Origin: an uncultured Ignavibacteria bacterium
Lineage (GTDB): Bacteria > Bacteroidota > Ignavibacteria > Ignavibacteriales > Ignavibacteriaceae
Direction of reading: 5' to 3'
NCBI GenBank assembly: GCA_963774455.1
Contig: CAVZFD010000005.1
Coordinates: 865,055 to 929,054 of the forward strand
Length of the DNA stretch: 64,000 bases
The translations under genes and the position numbers were made by a program. Each line of letters starts with the position of its first letter. Position 1 is the first letter of the stretch. Under the pieces are notes generated by a model, which made no database searches, was not told the origin of the DNA, and worked only from the letters and a program-made list of their open reading frames with translations. Shown here piece after piece: positions 9,366-19,248 of the stretch.

Positions 9366-10412
9366 ATGAATCATAACCCCGATTCAACTTCCAAAAGAAA
9401 AAAGGAGCATATAGAACTGTCACTGACAGACAAAGTAGCCTTTAAGAGCAAAACGAACGGGTTTGAGTATTATGACTTCAATCACTATGCACTTACGGAA
9501 GTTGATCTCCGGGAGATAGACTTCAGCACGGTTTTTTTAGAGAAGAAAATCAGCTATCCTTTCCTGATTTCCTGCATGACCGGCGGTACTGCCGAGGCGG
9601 AAAATATCAATGCAAGACTTTCGGTGGCCGCTAATAACCTCAATATACCTCTTGGTGTTGGAAGTCAGCGCCAGGCCCTTGAGAACAAAGATTATCATGC
9701 TACATATAAAGCTATAAGGAAAAATGCTCCCTCAATTCCAATACTGGGCAATATCGGGGCAGCGCAGCTCGTAAAGATGGATAATTTCGATCAGATTAAT
9801 TTCCTGGTCGACCTTATTGAAGCTGATGCAATGGTATTGCATGTTAATCCGCTTCAGGAGCTTATACAAAAGGGGGGTGAACCAGAATTCACGGGGTTGC
9901 TGAAAAAATTAAGGAAGATGGTTAAGCAGGTGAAAGTGCCGGTAATTGTTAAGGAAGTCGGCGCCGGTATCTCGGATAAAGCTGCAAAGCATCTGCTCGA
10001 CTGCGGCGTTAAAGGAGTTGATGTTGCAGGAGCGGGCGGTACAAGCTGGGCCGGTGTAGAGATACTCAGGAATAAAGATGGTAAACTAAAGGAATTCTGG
10101 GATTGGGGAATTCCGACATCCTATTGCTTAAGAACCATCACCAGGTTAAAAAAGAAATATAAGTTTACGCTTATCGGATCAGGAGGAATAAATACCGCTA
10201 TTGAAGCAGCCAAAGCACTCGCTCTTGGTGCAGATATTATCGCATCCGCAAGAATAGTACTTCAGACACTTGATAAAGAAGATACAAAAGGTGTTGAAAA
10301 ACTGGTGATAGATTGGTTCGATCATATAAAGAAAATTATGTTTCTCACCGGTTCATCATCACTTAAAGAACTTAGAAAAAATAAGTTGAATGAGAGGGGA
10401 AGTCTTCATTGA
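9366..10412 (+). CDS. fni: type 2 (FMN-dependent) isopentenyl-diphosphate delta-isomerase
   Basis: N-terminal RKKEHIELSL, TIM-barrel glycine-rich motifs VKEVGAGIS and DVAGAGGTSWA, and GSGGI. Confidence 0.9.
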   Translation: MNHNPDSTSKRKKEHIELSLTDKVAFKSKTNGFEYYDFNHYALTEVDLREIDFSTVFLEKKISYPFLISCMTGGTAEAENINARLSVAANNLNIPLGVGSQRQALENKDYHATYKAIRKNAPSIPILGNIGAAQLVKMDNFDQINFLVDLIEADAMVLHVNPLQELIQKGGEPEFTGLLKKLRKMVKQVKVPVIVKEVGAGISDKAAKHLLDCGVKGVDVAGAGGTSWAGVEILRNKDGKLKEFWDWGIPTSYCLRTITRLKKKYKFTLIGSGGINTAIEAAKALALGADIIASARIVLQTLDKEDTKGVEKLVIDWFDHIKKIMFLTGSSSLKELRKNKLNERGSLH

Positions 10413-11398
10413 GTACGCTTGTTGACTATAAGTCGATCCTGGAGAGGGAACAAAAGCAGGTTGAAAAAATATTAAAGCGTTCTCTATCAGCCAGGAAGCC
10501 GGAGAATCTTTATTCGCCTGCTTACTACATTATTGAAAGCGGTGGTAAACGTCTCAGGCCTATGCTGGTCTTATTATCAGCAAAAGCAGCCGGAGGCAAA
10601 TACTCCGATGCCTACTATACCGGGGCTGCAGTCGAACTGCTTCATAATTTCACCCTGGTTCACGATGATATTATGGATAATGCAGAGAAGAGACGAGGCA
10701 GGCTTACGCTGCATGTTAAATATGATGATCACACGGCAATTCTTGCCGGCGACAGTCTACTTGCTGTTGCATACGAAAACCTGCTGAAGGACAAAAAAGG
10801 GGGTACCAGGGAAATATTTACCGATTTCACAAAAGGACTTGTGGAAGTTTGTGAAGGGCAGAGTCTTGATAAGGAATACGAGACACGTAAGACTCTCGAA
10901 CTTAACGAATATATCTGGATGATACAGAAGAAAACTGCCGCGATGCTGGCGATGTGCTGCTCGCTTGGAGCCAGACTTGGCAAAGGTTCACCGGAGGTTG
11001 TTAAGGCATTGTCTTCTTTTGGACGGAACATCGGAATAGCTTTCCAGGTTCAGGATGATCTGCTGGATTTAACGGCAGATGAACTTGAATTTGGAAAAAA
11101 GGTCGGCGGTGATCTTATGGAAGGGAAAAAAACATATCTTCTTGTTAAAGCACTTGAAAAAGCAAAGGGGAAGGATAAGGAACTTCTCCAGGCTTTGATC
11201 AGATCAAAAGGGGTAAAACCCGGAAAAGTTCCGGAATATAAGAAGCTTTATGAAAAGCTTGGGGTAATTGAAGATGCAAAGGAAGAAATAAAAAAATACA
11301 CCGGCAGGGCCTTGCGGTCTTTGAGGATATTGAAAAACAGAGAAGACCGTGAAATATTTAACTGGCTGGCTGAAATTCTCATTAAACGAATGAAGTAA
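10409..11398 (+). CDS. polyprenyl diphosphate synthase (GGPP/FPP synthase family)
   Basis: First and second aspartate-rich motifs LVHDDIMDN and QVQDDLLD, plus GKRLRP. A TTG start overlaps the fni stop. Confidence 0.9.
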   Translation: MSTLVDYKSILEREQKQVEKILKRSLSARKPENLYSPAYYIIESGGKRLRPMLVLLSAKAAGGKYSDAYYTGAAVELLHNFTLVHDDIMDNAEKRRGRLTLHVKYDDHTAILAGDSLLAVAYENLLKDKKGGTREIFTDFTKGLVEVCEGQSLDKEYETRKTLELNEYIWMIQKKTAAMLAMCCSLGARLGKGSPEVVKALSSFGRNIGIAFQVQDDLLDLTADELEFGKKVGGDLMEGKKTYLLVKALEKAKGKDKELLQALIRSKGVKPGKVPEYKKLYEKLGVIEDAKEEIKKYTGRALRSLRILKNREDREIFNWLAEILIKRMK

Positions 11399-11664
11399 TG
11401 ATCGAAAAAATTGTAACAATTATAAACAAGGCAGGGATGCATACCCGGCCTGCAGCAACAATAGTTAAAATGGCTTCGAAATATAAATGTGAATTCTACA
11501 TTTCAAAAAACGGACTGAACATAAACGGAAAAAGCATAATAGGTGTAATGACCCTTGCTGCCGAAATGGGTTCGGAAGTTACCCTTTCTTTTGACGGTGA
11601 GGATGAAGAACTGGCCGCGAAGGAAATAGTAGAGTATTTTAATAGAGGATTTGACGAGATTTGA
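11398..11664 (+). CDS. ptsH: phosphocarrier protein HPr
   Basis: Active-site GMHTRPAA (His15 context) and the regulatory Ser context NGKSIIGVMTL. 88 aa. Confidence 0.9.
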   Translation: MIEKIVTIINKAGMHTRPAATIVKMASKYKCEFYISKNGLNINGKSIIGVMTLAAEMGSEVTLSFDGEDEELAAKEIVEYFNRGFDEI

Positions 11665-13427
11665 AATCATTCAGACAAATATTTCTTGAAGCGGAAAACA
11701 AGATTTCGGGGATAGCAGCCGCTCCGGGAATAGTAATCGGCAAAGCCTATCTTTTTATGAAAGAAAAGATAGATATTAACAGGGGAGAAATCACCGACAT
11801 CGATGAGGCAAAAAGAAACCTTGAAGAGGCTCTGAACAAATCAAGGAAGGAACTAAATAAAATACTGGGGATCGCTCGTGAAAAGATGGGTGATGAAAGA
11901 TCTGCTATTTTTGAGGCCCAGATAATGATACTTGACGACCCGGTGCTTATAGGAAACATTCAGAAACGGATTGAGACTGAAAGGAGACAACCGGAGTTTA
12001 TAGTAGACGATGAGATTTCAAAATACCAGGACCTTATGATGGTCTCTCACGAAACATACATGAAGGAACGAGCCCATGACATTGAAGATATTAAAAACAG
12101 GATTGTAAGGAATCTCCAGAAAAGAAGATGGCAGTCGAGAATAAAGCAAGACGTTGTTGTAGTGAGTGATTCTCTTTCTCCGGCAGATACCATACTTCTG
12201 AGCCGGAGCAATGTGCAGGGATTTATAACAGACCATGGGGGGTTGACGTCGCATGCTGCCATTGTTTCCAGGTCATTGAATATACCTGCTGTTGTGGGGA
12301 CTCATAATGCTACGCTCCACATACTTGATGATGATACGATAATTGTTGACGGTTTCCATGGCTATATTATTATTAATCCTATCGAAGAACACATTGAATT
12401 CTTCAACCAGAAACTTGAAAAGCTCAGACAGCTTCAGAAAGAACTTGTGGAGCTTAAGGACAAACCTGCAGTTACAACCGATGGCAAGAAAATAACCCTG
12501 CAGGCAAATGTGGATGTAACCGGCGAGATTGATCTTATGGTTACCAGCGGTGCTGAAGGAATAGGTCTTTACCGGACAGAGCAGATCCTTGAAGAGCTGG
12601 GAGAGTTTCCCTCAGAAGATGAGCAGACCAGGATTTATACAAATCTTTCAAACAGAGTTTATCCTGAAACTTTTACAATCAGGGTTTTTGATATTGGCGG
12701 CGACAAATTTAAATTACTTGACTATAAAGAACCCAACCCATTCCTGGGGCTCAGAGGTGTCCGGCTCCTACTTGAGAACAGGGGGATCTTCAGAACCCAG
12801 ATTAAAGCTATCTTAAGGGCAAGTGTCAATAAAAATATCCAGGTAATGATTCCGATGGTTTCTACGATTAAGGAGATCCGGCAGTCAAAGCAGCTGATAG
12901 AAGAATGCGCACAAGAGCTTAAGAAAAATAAGATTCCTTATGATAAGAATATGAAGGTCGGCATTATGGTTGAGGTTCCAACTGCAGCTTTGATGGCAAA
13001 AGAATTTGCCGCTGAAGTTGACTTTCTGAGTATTGGTACAAACGATCTTATCCAATATCTTATGGCGGTTGACAGGGGGAATGACCTTGTAGCCGACCTG
13101 TTCCAGGAGTTTAGTCCTGGTGTTGTAAGAACAATCCATCACATCGTACAAGAGGCTAAAAAATCACACAAGAGTGTTAGTCTTTGCGGTGAAATGGCTG
13201 CTGATACTCTGGCAATCCCTCTCCTGGTTGGTCTCGGACTGGAATCATTGAGTATGTCACCGTCAACAATAGCATACGCTAAAAGAATAATACGAAGCTG
13301 CTCAATGAAAAACCTTGAAAAGCTGGCGGAGGACTGTCTTACTTACGTGACGCAGGAAGACATTCTGGCCAGGATTGAGAAATTCTTCAGGGAAAATCAA
13401 ATCACCCGTACAAGAAATATTATATAA
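11661..13427 (+). CDS. ptsI: phosphoenolpyruvate-protein phosphotransferase (PTS enzyme I)
   Basis: Phosphohistidine motif GGLTSHAAIVSRSLNIPAVVG and PEP-utilising motifs GIGLYRTE and SIGTNDLIQY. A TTG start overlaps the ptsH stop. Confidence 0.92.
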   Translation: MKSFRQIFLEAENKISGIAAAPGIVIGKAYLFMKEKIDINRGEITDIDEAKRNLEEALNKSRKELNKILGIAREKMGDERSAIFEAQIMILDDPVLIGNIQKRIETERRQPEFIVDDEISKYQDLMMVSHETYMKERAHDIEDIKNRIVRNLQKRRWQSRIKQDVVVVSDSLSPADTILLSRSNVQGFITDHGGLTSHAAIVSRSLNIPAVVGTHNATLHILDDDTIIVDGFHGYIIINPIEEHIEFFNQKLEKLRQLQKELVELKDKPAVTTDGKKITLQANVDVTGEIDLMVTSGAEGIGLYRTEQILEELGEFPSEDEQTRIYTNLSNRVYPETFTIRVFDIGGDKFKLLDYKEPNPFLGLRGVRLLLENRGIFRTQIKAILRASVNKNIQVMIPMVSTIKEIRQSKQLIEECAQELKKNKIPYDKNMKVGIMVEVPTAALMAKEFAAEVDFLSIGTNDLIQYLMAVDRGNDLVADLFQEFSPGVVRTIHHIVQEAKKSHKSVSLCGEMAADTLAIPLLVGLGLESLSMSPSTIAYAKRIIRSCSMKNLEKLAEDCLTYVTQEDILARIEKFFRENQITRTRNII

Positions 13428-13436
13428 GGAATTTTA

Positions 13437-14471
13437 ATGAAGTTGACCGACTACACTACTAAGTACGATTCTCAGAACCAGTTTAATGTCCTGACCGAAA
13501 CATATAGCCAGGTTGATTCAGCCTGGAATAACGAATTTAATGTTGAAAAGTTGAAGGATAAAAAATTCAGGAATATAATAGTTTCGGGTCTTGGCGGTTC
13601 AGCAATAAGCGGGGATCTAATGGGAAATTTTCTAAAGGATGAGTTGACGCTTCCCTTTTTCGTGAACAGAAATTACACTCTGCCTCACTACGCAGATAAA
13701 AACACACTCCTGGTAATCTCATCTTATTCAGGGAATACCGAGGAGACTATATCAGTGCTTGAGGAGGGTATCAAAAAGAAATGCCAGATAGTATGTGTTT
13801 CAACCGGAGGAAAGGTTCGGGAGATTGCAGAAAAAGAGAATATACCCCTGGTCAGTATGACTCCTGGTTTCCAGCCAAGATACGCCCTCGGTTCCGGTTT
13901 CTTCTCATTATTAAAGATTTTCGTTCAGCTGGGACTAATTCCCCCGCAGGATATGGTAGTTGAAAGAATAAGGAATCTATGGCAGAAGAAAGGTAAGGAG
14001 TATTCGGCGGAAAACAATATTGCATTTAATTGCGCAGAATTGCTGATCGGTTTTATCCCAGTTATATACTCAGCGGCCGACCTGACATCAGCTGCCGGGT
14101 ACCGCTTTAAGTGCCAGCTGAATGAAAATTCCAAGCTGCATGCATTTCATAATATTATCCCTGAACTTAATCATAATGAAATAATCGGATGGGAGAGCTT
14201 CAATTCCAGCCAGATTAATGCAAAACTCATAAATGTCCTTGACGAATCATATCATCCGCAGGTTAAAAAAAGATTTGAGATAACCACCGAACTGGCAGTG
14301 AAAAAGGGTTTGGAATATATAAATATTGAGAGCGAAGAAGACGATTTCAAGGTACGATTATTGGATTTGATTTATTTATTTGATTGGATAACTTATTACA
14401 CAGCTGTACTCAGAGGATTTGACCCTTCTGAGATTGATAACATCCATACTTTAAAAGAAAGATTATCTTAA
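13437..14471 (+). CDS. bifunctional phosphoglucose/phosphomannose isomerase family (SIS domain)
   Basis: SIS motifs VSGLGGSAISGD and SYSGNTEET. The size and layout match the PGI/PMI family. Confidence 0.8.
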   Translation: MKLTDYTTKYDSQNQFNVLTETYSQVDSAWNNEFNVEKLKDKKFRNIIVSGLGGSAISGDLMGNFLKDELTLPFFVNRNYTLPHYADKNTLLVISSYSGNTEETISVLEEGIKKKCQIVCVSTGGKVREIAEKENIPLVSMTPGFQPRYALGSGFFSLLKIFVQLGLIPPQDMVVERIRNLWQKKGKEYSAENNIAFNCAELLIGFIPVIYSAADLTSAAGYRFKCQLNENSKLHAFHNIIPELNHNEIIGWESFNSSQINAKLINVLDESYHPQVKKRFEITTELAVKKGLEYINIESEEDDFKVRLLDLIYLFDWITYYTAVLRGFDPSEIDNIHTLKERLS

Positions 14472-14529
14472 TGTAATCCTTTCAGAATTTATTAGGATGA
14501 AGGGATTTCTGAACTAAAAATTAAAACCT

Positions 14530-17343
14530 GTGAAATTCCCTAAACTTCTTTTTTTTATAATACTAATAATTTCCTGCAGTGCCGATGCACAATTTTACTA
14601 TTTCGGCAGAAATAAGGTTCAGTACCAGAGATTTGAATGGAAGGTGCTAAGGACCGAACACTTCAACATCTACTATTATGGTGAGTTTGAGGAAATTGCC
14701 GAGATAGGAGCTTCTTATGCTGAGGATGCCTATGATGAACTTAAGGTTAAATTTGATAACCTTATAACCAGGCCCATCCCCCTTATCTTTTACAATACCT
14801 CCCTCCATTTTCAGCAGACAAACACAACTCCCGGACTTGTACCCGACGCAGTCGGTGGATTCTTTGAGTTCTTAAAAGGCAGGGTGGTAATTCCCTATAC
14901 CGGCTCAATTCATGATTTTAAGCATGTTATAAGACACGAGCTGGTCCATGTTTTTATGACTACCAAAGTACTGCACATCCTCTCGGATCACAGACTGACG
15001 GCGGACAGGTTTCCACCGCTCTGGTTTACGGAAGGGCTGGCGGAGTATCTATCGACTGATATAGATGCCCAGGCTGAGATGGTTATGCGTGATGCCGTTA
15101 TAAATAACTATTTTGTCAACCTTGAGGATATGTACAGCATTTATGGAACTTTCCTGATGTACAAAGAAGGACAGAACTTCCTGCATTTTATTGAAGAGAA
15201 ATACGGTCCCGAAAAAGTAATGCTGCTTATCGATAATCTCTGGATGTATAGTGATTTTACAAAAGTGCTTGAGCATACACTGGGGAAACCAGTTGAAGAA
15301 ATAGATTCAGAATGGCTTTTTTACCTCAAACGCAAATATTATCCTCTCCTTTCTGATAAGGCTCCTTTGCAGCATTCGGCTGAACAGCTTACAAATTTCG
15401 GTTTCAATTTTTCCCCGGTTCCGTATAAAATAAACGGGGACACCTGGTTGTATTTCCCGGCTAACCGTGACGGTTATTCCTCCCTTTACAAGATGAAGAT
15501 AAATGTAAAAAAGAAATCAGATCTTGAACCGGAATTAGTTTTGAGAGGTGAGAAAACAGCTGAGTATGAGGCATTTCATTTGTTTCAGTCATCCATTGAT
15601 ATATCGAAAGACGGACTCGTAGCATTTGTTACAAAATCCGGAGCGACAGATGCAATTCATTTTTATTCCATTCCAGAAGAAGAGGTAATTGACAATTATC
15701 AGGATGAAAACCTGATCAATATTACTTCTCCCAAATTTTCCGGGGATGGAAAAAGAATAGTGTTTCAGGCAATCGACCAGAAGGGCTTCAGCGATCTTTT
15801 TACGCTTGATATTGAAACAGATCAGCTCACAAGGCTGACAAATGATTACTACGATGAAAGGGATCCGGTGTTCGGTATTACTGATTCGCAGGTGATATTC
15901 TCATCTGACAGAACAGCAGGAAAATATGAAAGATATTATAACCTGTTCTCGTACGACCTTAATACACACAGGATTGACTATATAACAAATCTGCCTGCAA
16001 ATAATTCATCACCGGTACTTTCTCCTGATAGGAGTACGCTTCTATTCACCTCCGATATAGATAGAGTTCAGAACCTCTGGAGAATGAAATTCATCGATCA
16101 TACTTTCTCCGATTCAGTGTGGAAAGTAACGCATTTCATCACGAGTGCTTTCCATCCACGATACATTGATTCAACTGAAATTACCTTTTCGGGATTTGAA
16201 AACTTCTCGTTTAACCTCTATAAAGATAAGATTGACAGCATTCCGCCCGATTCCTCTTTTAAGATTGTCATGAATTTCGACTCTACGGATGGCAAATGGA
16301 TTGAATCAAAGCTGGATATCTATGCGGAAAAAGAGAAATATAATTATGAAAAGGAATATACGCTCGATTACGCGCAGAGTGACGTAACAACGGACCCGGT
16401 ATACGGGACACGGGGAGGAGCTATACTTTCATTAAGTGACCTCTTCGGTGATGATAATTATTTCTTCCTCATATATAATACTGCTAATGTTCAAAGCGAT
16501 TTTCTTAAGAGCTTTAATATAATGATGGAAAGGATCGACCTCAGCAAGAGAACCAATTACGGATTCGGGGTATTTCATTTCAGCGGCAACAGGTACGACA
16601 TACAGGAATCGGAGGAGTATTTCTATGAGAGAAGTTTCGGAGGATTCTTCCTCCTTAATTTCCCTCTCTCAAAGTTCCAGAGGATCGAAACCGATATTTC
16701 TCTGGCCAGCAGCGATAAAGAGGTGATACTTGGAGTTATAGAAAGGAAAGCACTCCTCTTAAGCAACACTATTTCCTATGTGGCTGATAATTCAATATGG
16801 GGACCTACCGGTCCTCTCGACGGAATCCGGGCAAGACTGCTGCTTGGTTATACAAGCGATGTTAAATACAGTAATGTAAATTTCTTCACTGTCATTGCCG
16901 ATTACAGGCAGTATCTCAGGATTGGTTATACAACCGCACTGGCTTTCCGGGGCGCAATATTTTATAATGAAGGTAAAGAAGCCAGAAGATATTTTATGGG
17001 GGGCAGCTGGGATCTGAGGGGATGGCCGAGGTGGTCGATCCGCGGAGAGAAGCTGTGGCTATCTTCTTTTGAACTGCGTTTTCCTTTGATCGACCAGATA
17101 AATATAAGGTTTCCTTTTGTAAACCTCGGTTTCTGGGGTATAAGAGGTGCTGTATTTTCCGATTTCGGAGGTGCCTGGGATGAGGTTTACGATCAGACCC
17201 TTGGAAGCGTTGGATTCGGTTTCAGAATGAACCTGCTTGGCGCGATAGTTTTGCGTTATGATATCGGTAAAAAGATTGAGGATAACCTTTCAATGTTTCA
17301 GCCCGGATTGTTTTACCAGTTTTTCTTCGGATGGGATTTTTGA
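14530..17343 (+). CDS. outer-membrane protein: MA-type peptidase-like domain, PD40/TolB-like repeats and an Omp85 (bacterial surface antigen) beta-barrel
   Basis: Signal peptide, then HELVH followed by WFTEGLAEY (gluzincin-like). Repeated SPDxx/DGxxxxF propeller-like motifs (FSGDGKRIVFQ, LSPDRSTLLFTSD) follow. The C-terminus has Omp85-like strands (GIRGAVFSDFGGAWD, GFGFRMNLLGAIVLRYDIG) and ends in an aromatic residue (FFFGWDF). GTG start. Confidence 0.8.
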   Translation: MKFPKLLFFIILIISCSADAQFYYFGRNKVQYQRFEWKVLRTEHFNIYYYGEFEEIAEIGASYAEDAYDELKVKFDNLITRPIPLIFYNTSLHFQQTNTTPGLVPDAVGGFFEFLKGRVVIPYTGSIHDFKHVIRHELVHVFMTTKVLHILSDHRLTADRFPPLWFTEGLAEYLSTDIDAQAEMVMRDAVINNYFVNLEDMYSIYGTFLMYKEGQNFLHFIEEKYGPEKVMLLIDNLWMYSDFTKVLEHTLGKPVEEIDSEWLFYLKRKYYPLLSDKAPLQHSAEQLTNFGFNFSPVPYKINGDTWLYFPANRDGYSSLYKMKINVKKKSDLEPELVLRGEKTAEYEAFHLFQSSIDISKDGLVAFVTKSGATDAIHFYSIPEEEVIDNYQDENLINITSPKFSGDGKRIVFQAIDQKGFSDLFTLDIETDQLTRLTNDYYDERDPVFGITDSQVIFSSDRTAGKYERYYNLFSYDLNTHRIDYITNLPANNSSPVLSPDRSTLLFTSDIDRVQNLWRMKFIDHTFSDSVWKVTHFITSAFHPRYIDSTEITFSGFENFSFNLYKDKIDSIPPDSSFKIVMNFDSTDGKWIESKLDIYAEKEKYNYEKEYTLDYAQSDVTTDPVYGTRGGAILSLSDLFGDDNYFFLIYNTANVQSDFLKSFNIMMERIDLSKRTNYGFGVFHFSGNRYDIQESEEYFYERSFGGFFLLNFPLSKFQRIETDISLASSDKEVILGVIERKALLLSNTISYVADNSIWGPTGPLDGIRARLLLGYTSDVKYSNVNFFTVIADYRQYLRIGYTTALAFRGAIFYNEGKEARRYFMGGSWDLRGWPRWSIRGEKLWLSSFELRFPLIDQINIRFPFVNLGFWGIRGAVFSDFGGAWDEVYDQTLGSVGFGFRMNLLGAIVLRYDIGKKIEDNLSMFQPGLFYQFFFGWDF

Positions 17344-18476
17344 ATTATTTAAAATACATATTTTGTTTCCTTCTGCTGCTCTCTGCAGGGTGCGCTACAT
17401 CCTTAATCCAAACAGAGGCGCACCGCGATGATAATGCATATACCAGTTTCGGAAGAAATCCTGCACGAGAATTTTATATAAGTAAGAGTATAACAGACTC
17501 GCTCTCATTAAAATGGGAGAATAGTGTAAACGGGGGTTTTACAAACTCCTCTGTTGTTATCTATGACTCTCTTGTATTCGTCAGCGATTTATCTGGCCGT
17601 ATATATTGTTATAACATGATTACTGGTAAAAAAGCAGGACAACTGAAAAACGAAGGATCAGTATTCTCCTCACCATTTATATATAAGTTCTACGTTATTT
17701 ATGCTGATGCAGTCGATGATGATAATATAACCCATTTAAGATATTATGATTTTGTTATGGGGGAAATGACGCATGATGTTGAAGTTGAAGGAAGATGTGT
17801 TACTGAAATTATCGGTACACCCGACGGTATTATTTTCAATACCGAAGATGGGAATGTATACAGGTATGATATGTTCGGAAAGGAGATATGGAAGACAGCC
17901 ACAAATTCGGCAGTGCATGGTTCACCCTCAATGAATAACGGAATTATTGTATTCGGCAATGATGATGGAGAACTTATCGGTTTAAACAATAGTGATGGTA
18001 AAATATTATACAGGGAGAAAATCGGAAAGTCTTTTTTCTGCGGAACAGCAATATCAGGGGATATGGCCTATGCAGGTAATGACAACGGAAATCTCTATGC
18101 TGTTGAACTAAAAACAGGGAAGGTTAAATGGCATTTTGAATCAGGAGCAAGGATTATGATGACTCCTTCAGTTACTCCTTCGGAAATTTATTTCGGCAGT
18201 CTGAAGGGAGATCTTTTCTGTCTCGACAAAAACACCGGGAAGCTTATCTGGAGTACCCCTACAGGAGGAGTGCTGAAAGCTACGCCGTACGCTGCTGAAA
18301 ACCTGCTAGTTGTTCCAGATCTTAATAAAAAATTCTATTTTGTAAACAGGAAAAGCGGAGAAATCACGCGAACTTATTTAGTGGATGGAAGAATTGAATT
18401 ATCACCAGTTATATTCAGGAATATTCTTTTTATAGGATTTGACCGGGGGGAGCTTCAAGCTTATGAATTTGAATAA
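17331..18476 (+). CDS. PQQ-like beta-propeller lipoprotein (BamB-like)
   Basis: Lipobox LLLSAGC. Repeated G-x-[LI]-Y-[CA]-[LVY]-[DEN] blades (GRIYCYN, GNLYAVELKTGK, GDLFCLDKNTGK). It overlaps the upstream gene by 13 nt. Confidence 0.8.
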   Translation: MGFLNYLKYIFCFLLLLSAGCATSLIQTEAHRDDNAYTSFGRNPAREFYISKSITDSLSLKWENSVNGGFTNSSVVIYDSLVFVSDLSGRIYCYNMITGKKAGQLKNEGSVFSSPFIYKFYVIYADAVDDDNITHLRYYDFVMGEMTHDVEVEGRCVTEIIGTPDGIIFNTEDGNVYRYDMFGKEIWKTATNSAVHGSPSMNNGIIVFGNDDGELIGLNNSDGKILYREKIGKSFFCGTAISGDMAYAGNDNGNLYAVELKTGKVKWHFESGARIMMTPSVTPSEIYFGSLKGDLFCLDKNTGKLIWSTPTGGVLKATPYAAENLLVVPDLNKKFYFVNRKSGEITRTYLVDGRIELSPVIFRNILFIGFDRGELQAYEFE

Positions 18477-19185
18477 ACTGATATTGCTTCCTATTATCCT
18501 TTTCTCTGCATTAAACATTTATGCGCAGGATTGCAGAGCCGGCATCCTGGTGAAAACAGATACCCCTTCCGCAAAAATCTATATTGATGATCATTTAGCC
18601 GGAAGGGGAAGTGCAGATGTTAGGTTAGAGAAAGGCAGTTATCTTATTGTAGTTATGGAAGAAGCAGATCGATGGAATTCGCACTCATTTGAAGATACCC
18701 TACGAGTTAAAGAATGTAACGACACGGTTCTAACTTATAATTTTAAATCTGAAGTCTATCTCGATACGGAGCCCCAAGATGCTTATGTATACCGGGACAG
18801 CGTGCTTATCGGTCACACTCCTCTGTTCCTTTCTGTCAACAGCGGAAGTATTCTCCTTAAGAAACCGGGATTTGAGGAAAAAATTGTTGATGCAGATAAT
18901 TTAAGGAACAAAGCAAAGGTCAAACTTAATTTTACCGGGGAGAAAAAGGGCGAGAATTTCTTCGAGAAAAATATTTTTAAGCTACTTGTGGGAGGCATAG
19001 TTGCCTTCGGAGGTGTCTCAGCCTATTACAAGTTAAAAGCCGATGATAATTTCGATCAGTACCAGTTTTCAGGTAATCAATACTACCTGGATCAGACTCA
19101 CAAATATGACCTGATAGCAGGTATAGCCTTCGGGGCTGTGCAGGTAGGCTTTGGTTTTCTTATTTACTACTTCCTTTCCGAATAA
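18463..19185 (+). CDS. PEGA-domain protein with C-terminal membrane helices
   Basis: Signal peptide MNLNKLILLPIILFSALNIYAQ. Two PEGA-like modules (AKIYIDDHLAGRG; AYVYRDSVLIGHTPL...KKPGFEEK) and two C-terminal hydrophobic helices. The start overlaps the upstream stop. Confidence 0.75.
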   Translation: MNLNKLILLPIILFSALNIYAQDCRAGILVKTDTPSAKIYIDDHLAGRGSADVRLEKGSYLIVVMEEADRWNSHSFEDTLRVKECNDTVLTYNFKSEVYLDTEPQDAYVYRDSVLIGHTPLFLSVNSGSILLKKPGFEEKIVDADNLRNKAKVKLNFTGEKKGENFFEKNIFKLLVGGIVAFGGVSAYYKLKADDNFDQYQFSGNQYYLDQTHKYDLIAGIAFGAVQVGFGFLIYYFLSE

Positions 19186-19248
19186 AATCTTCTTATTCTC
19201 CTCATAAATAATTAAATTTTAAATATTAATAGAATATTTTACTTGAAT

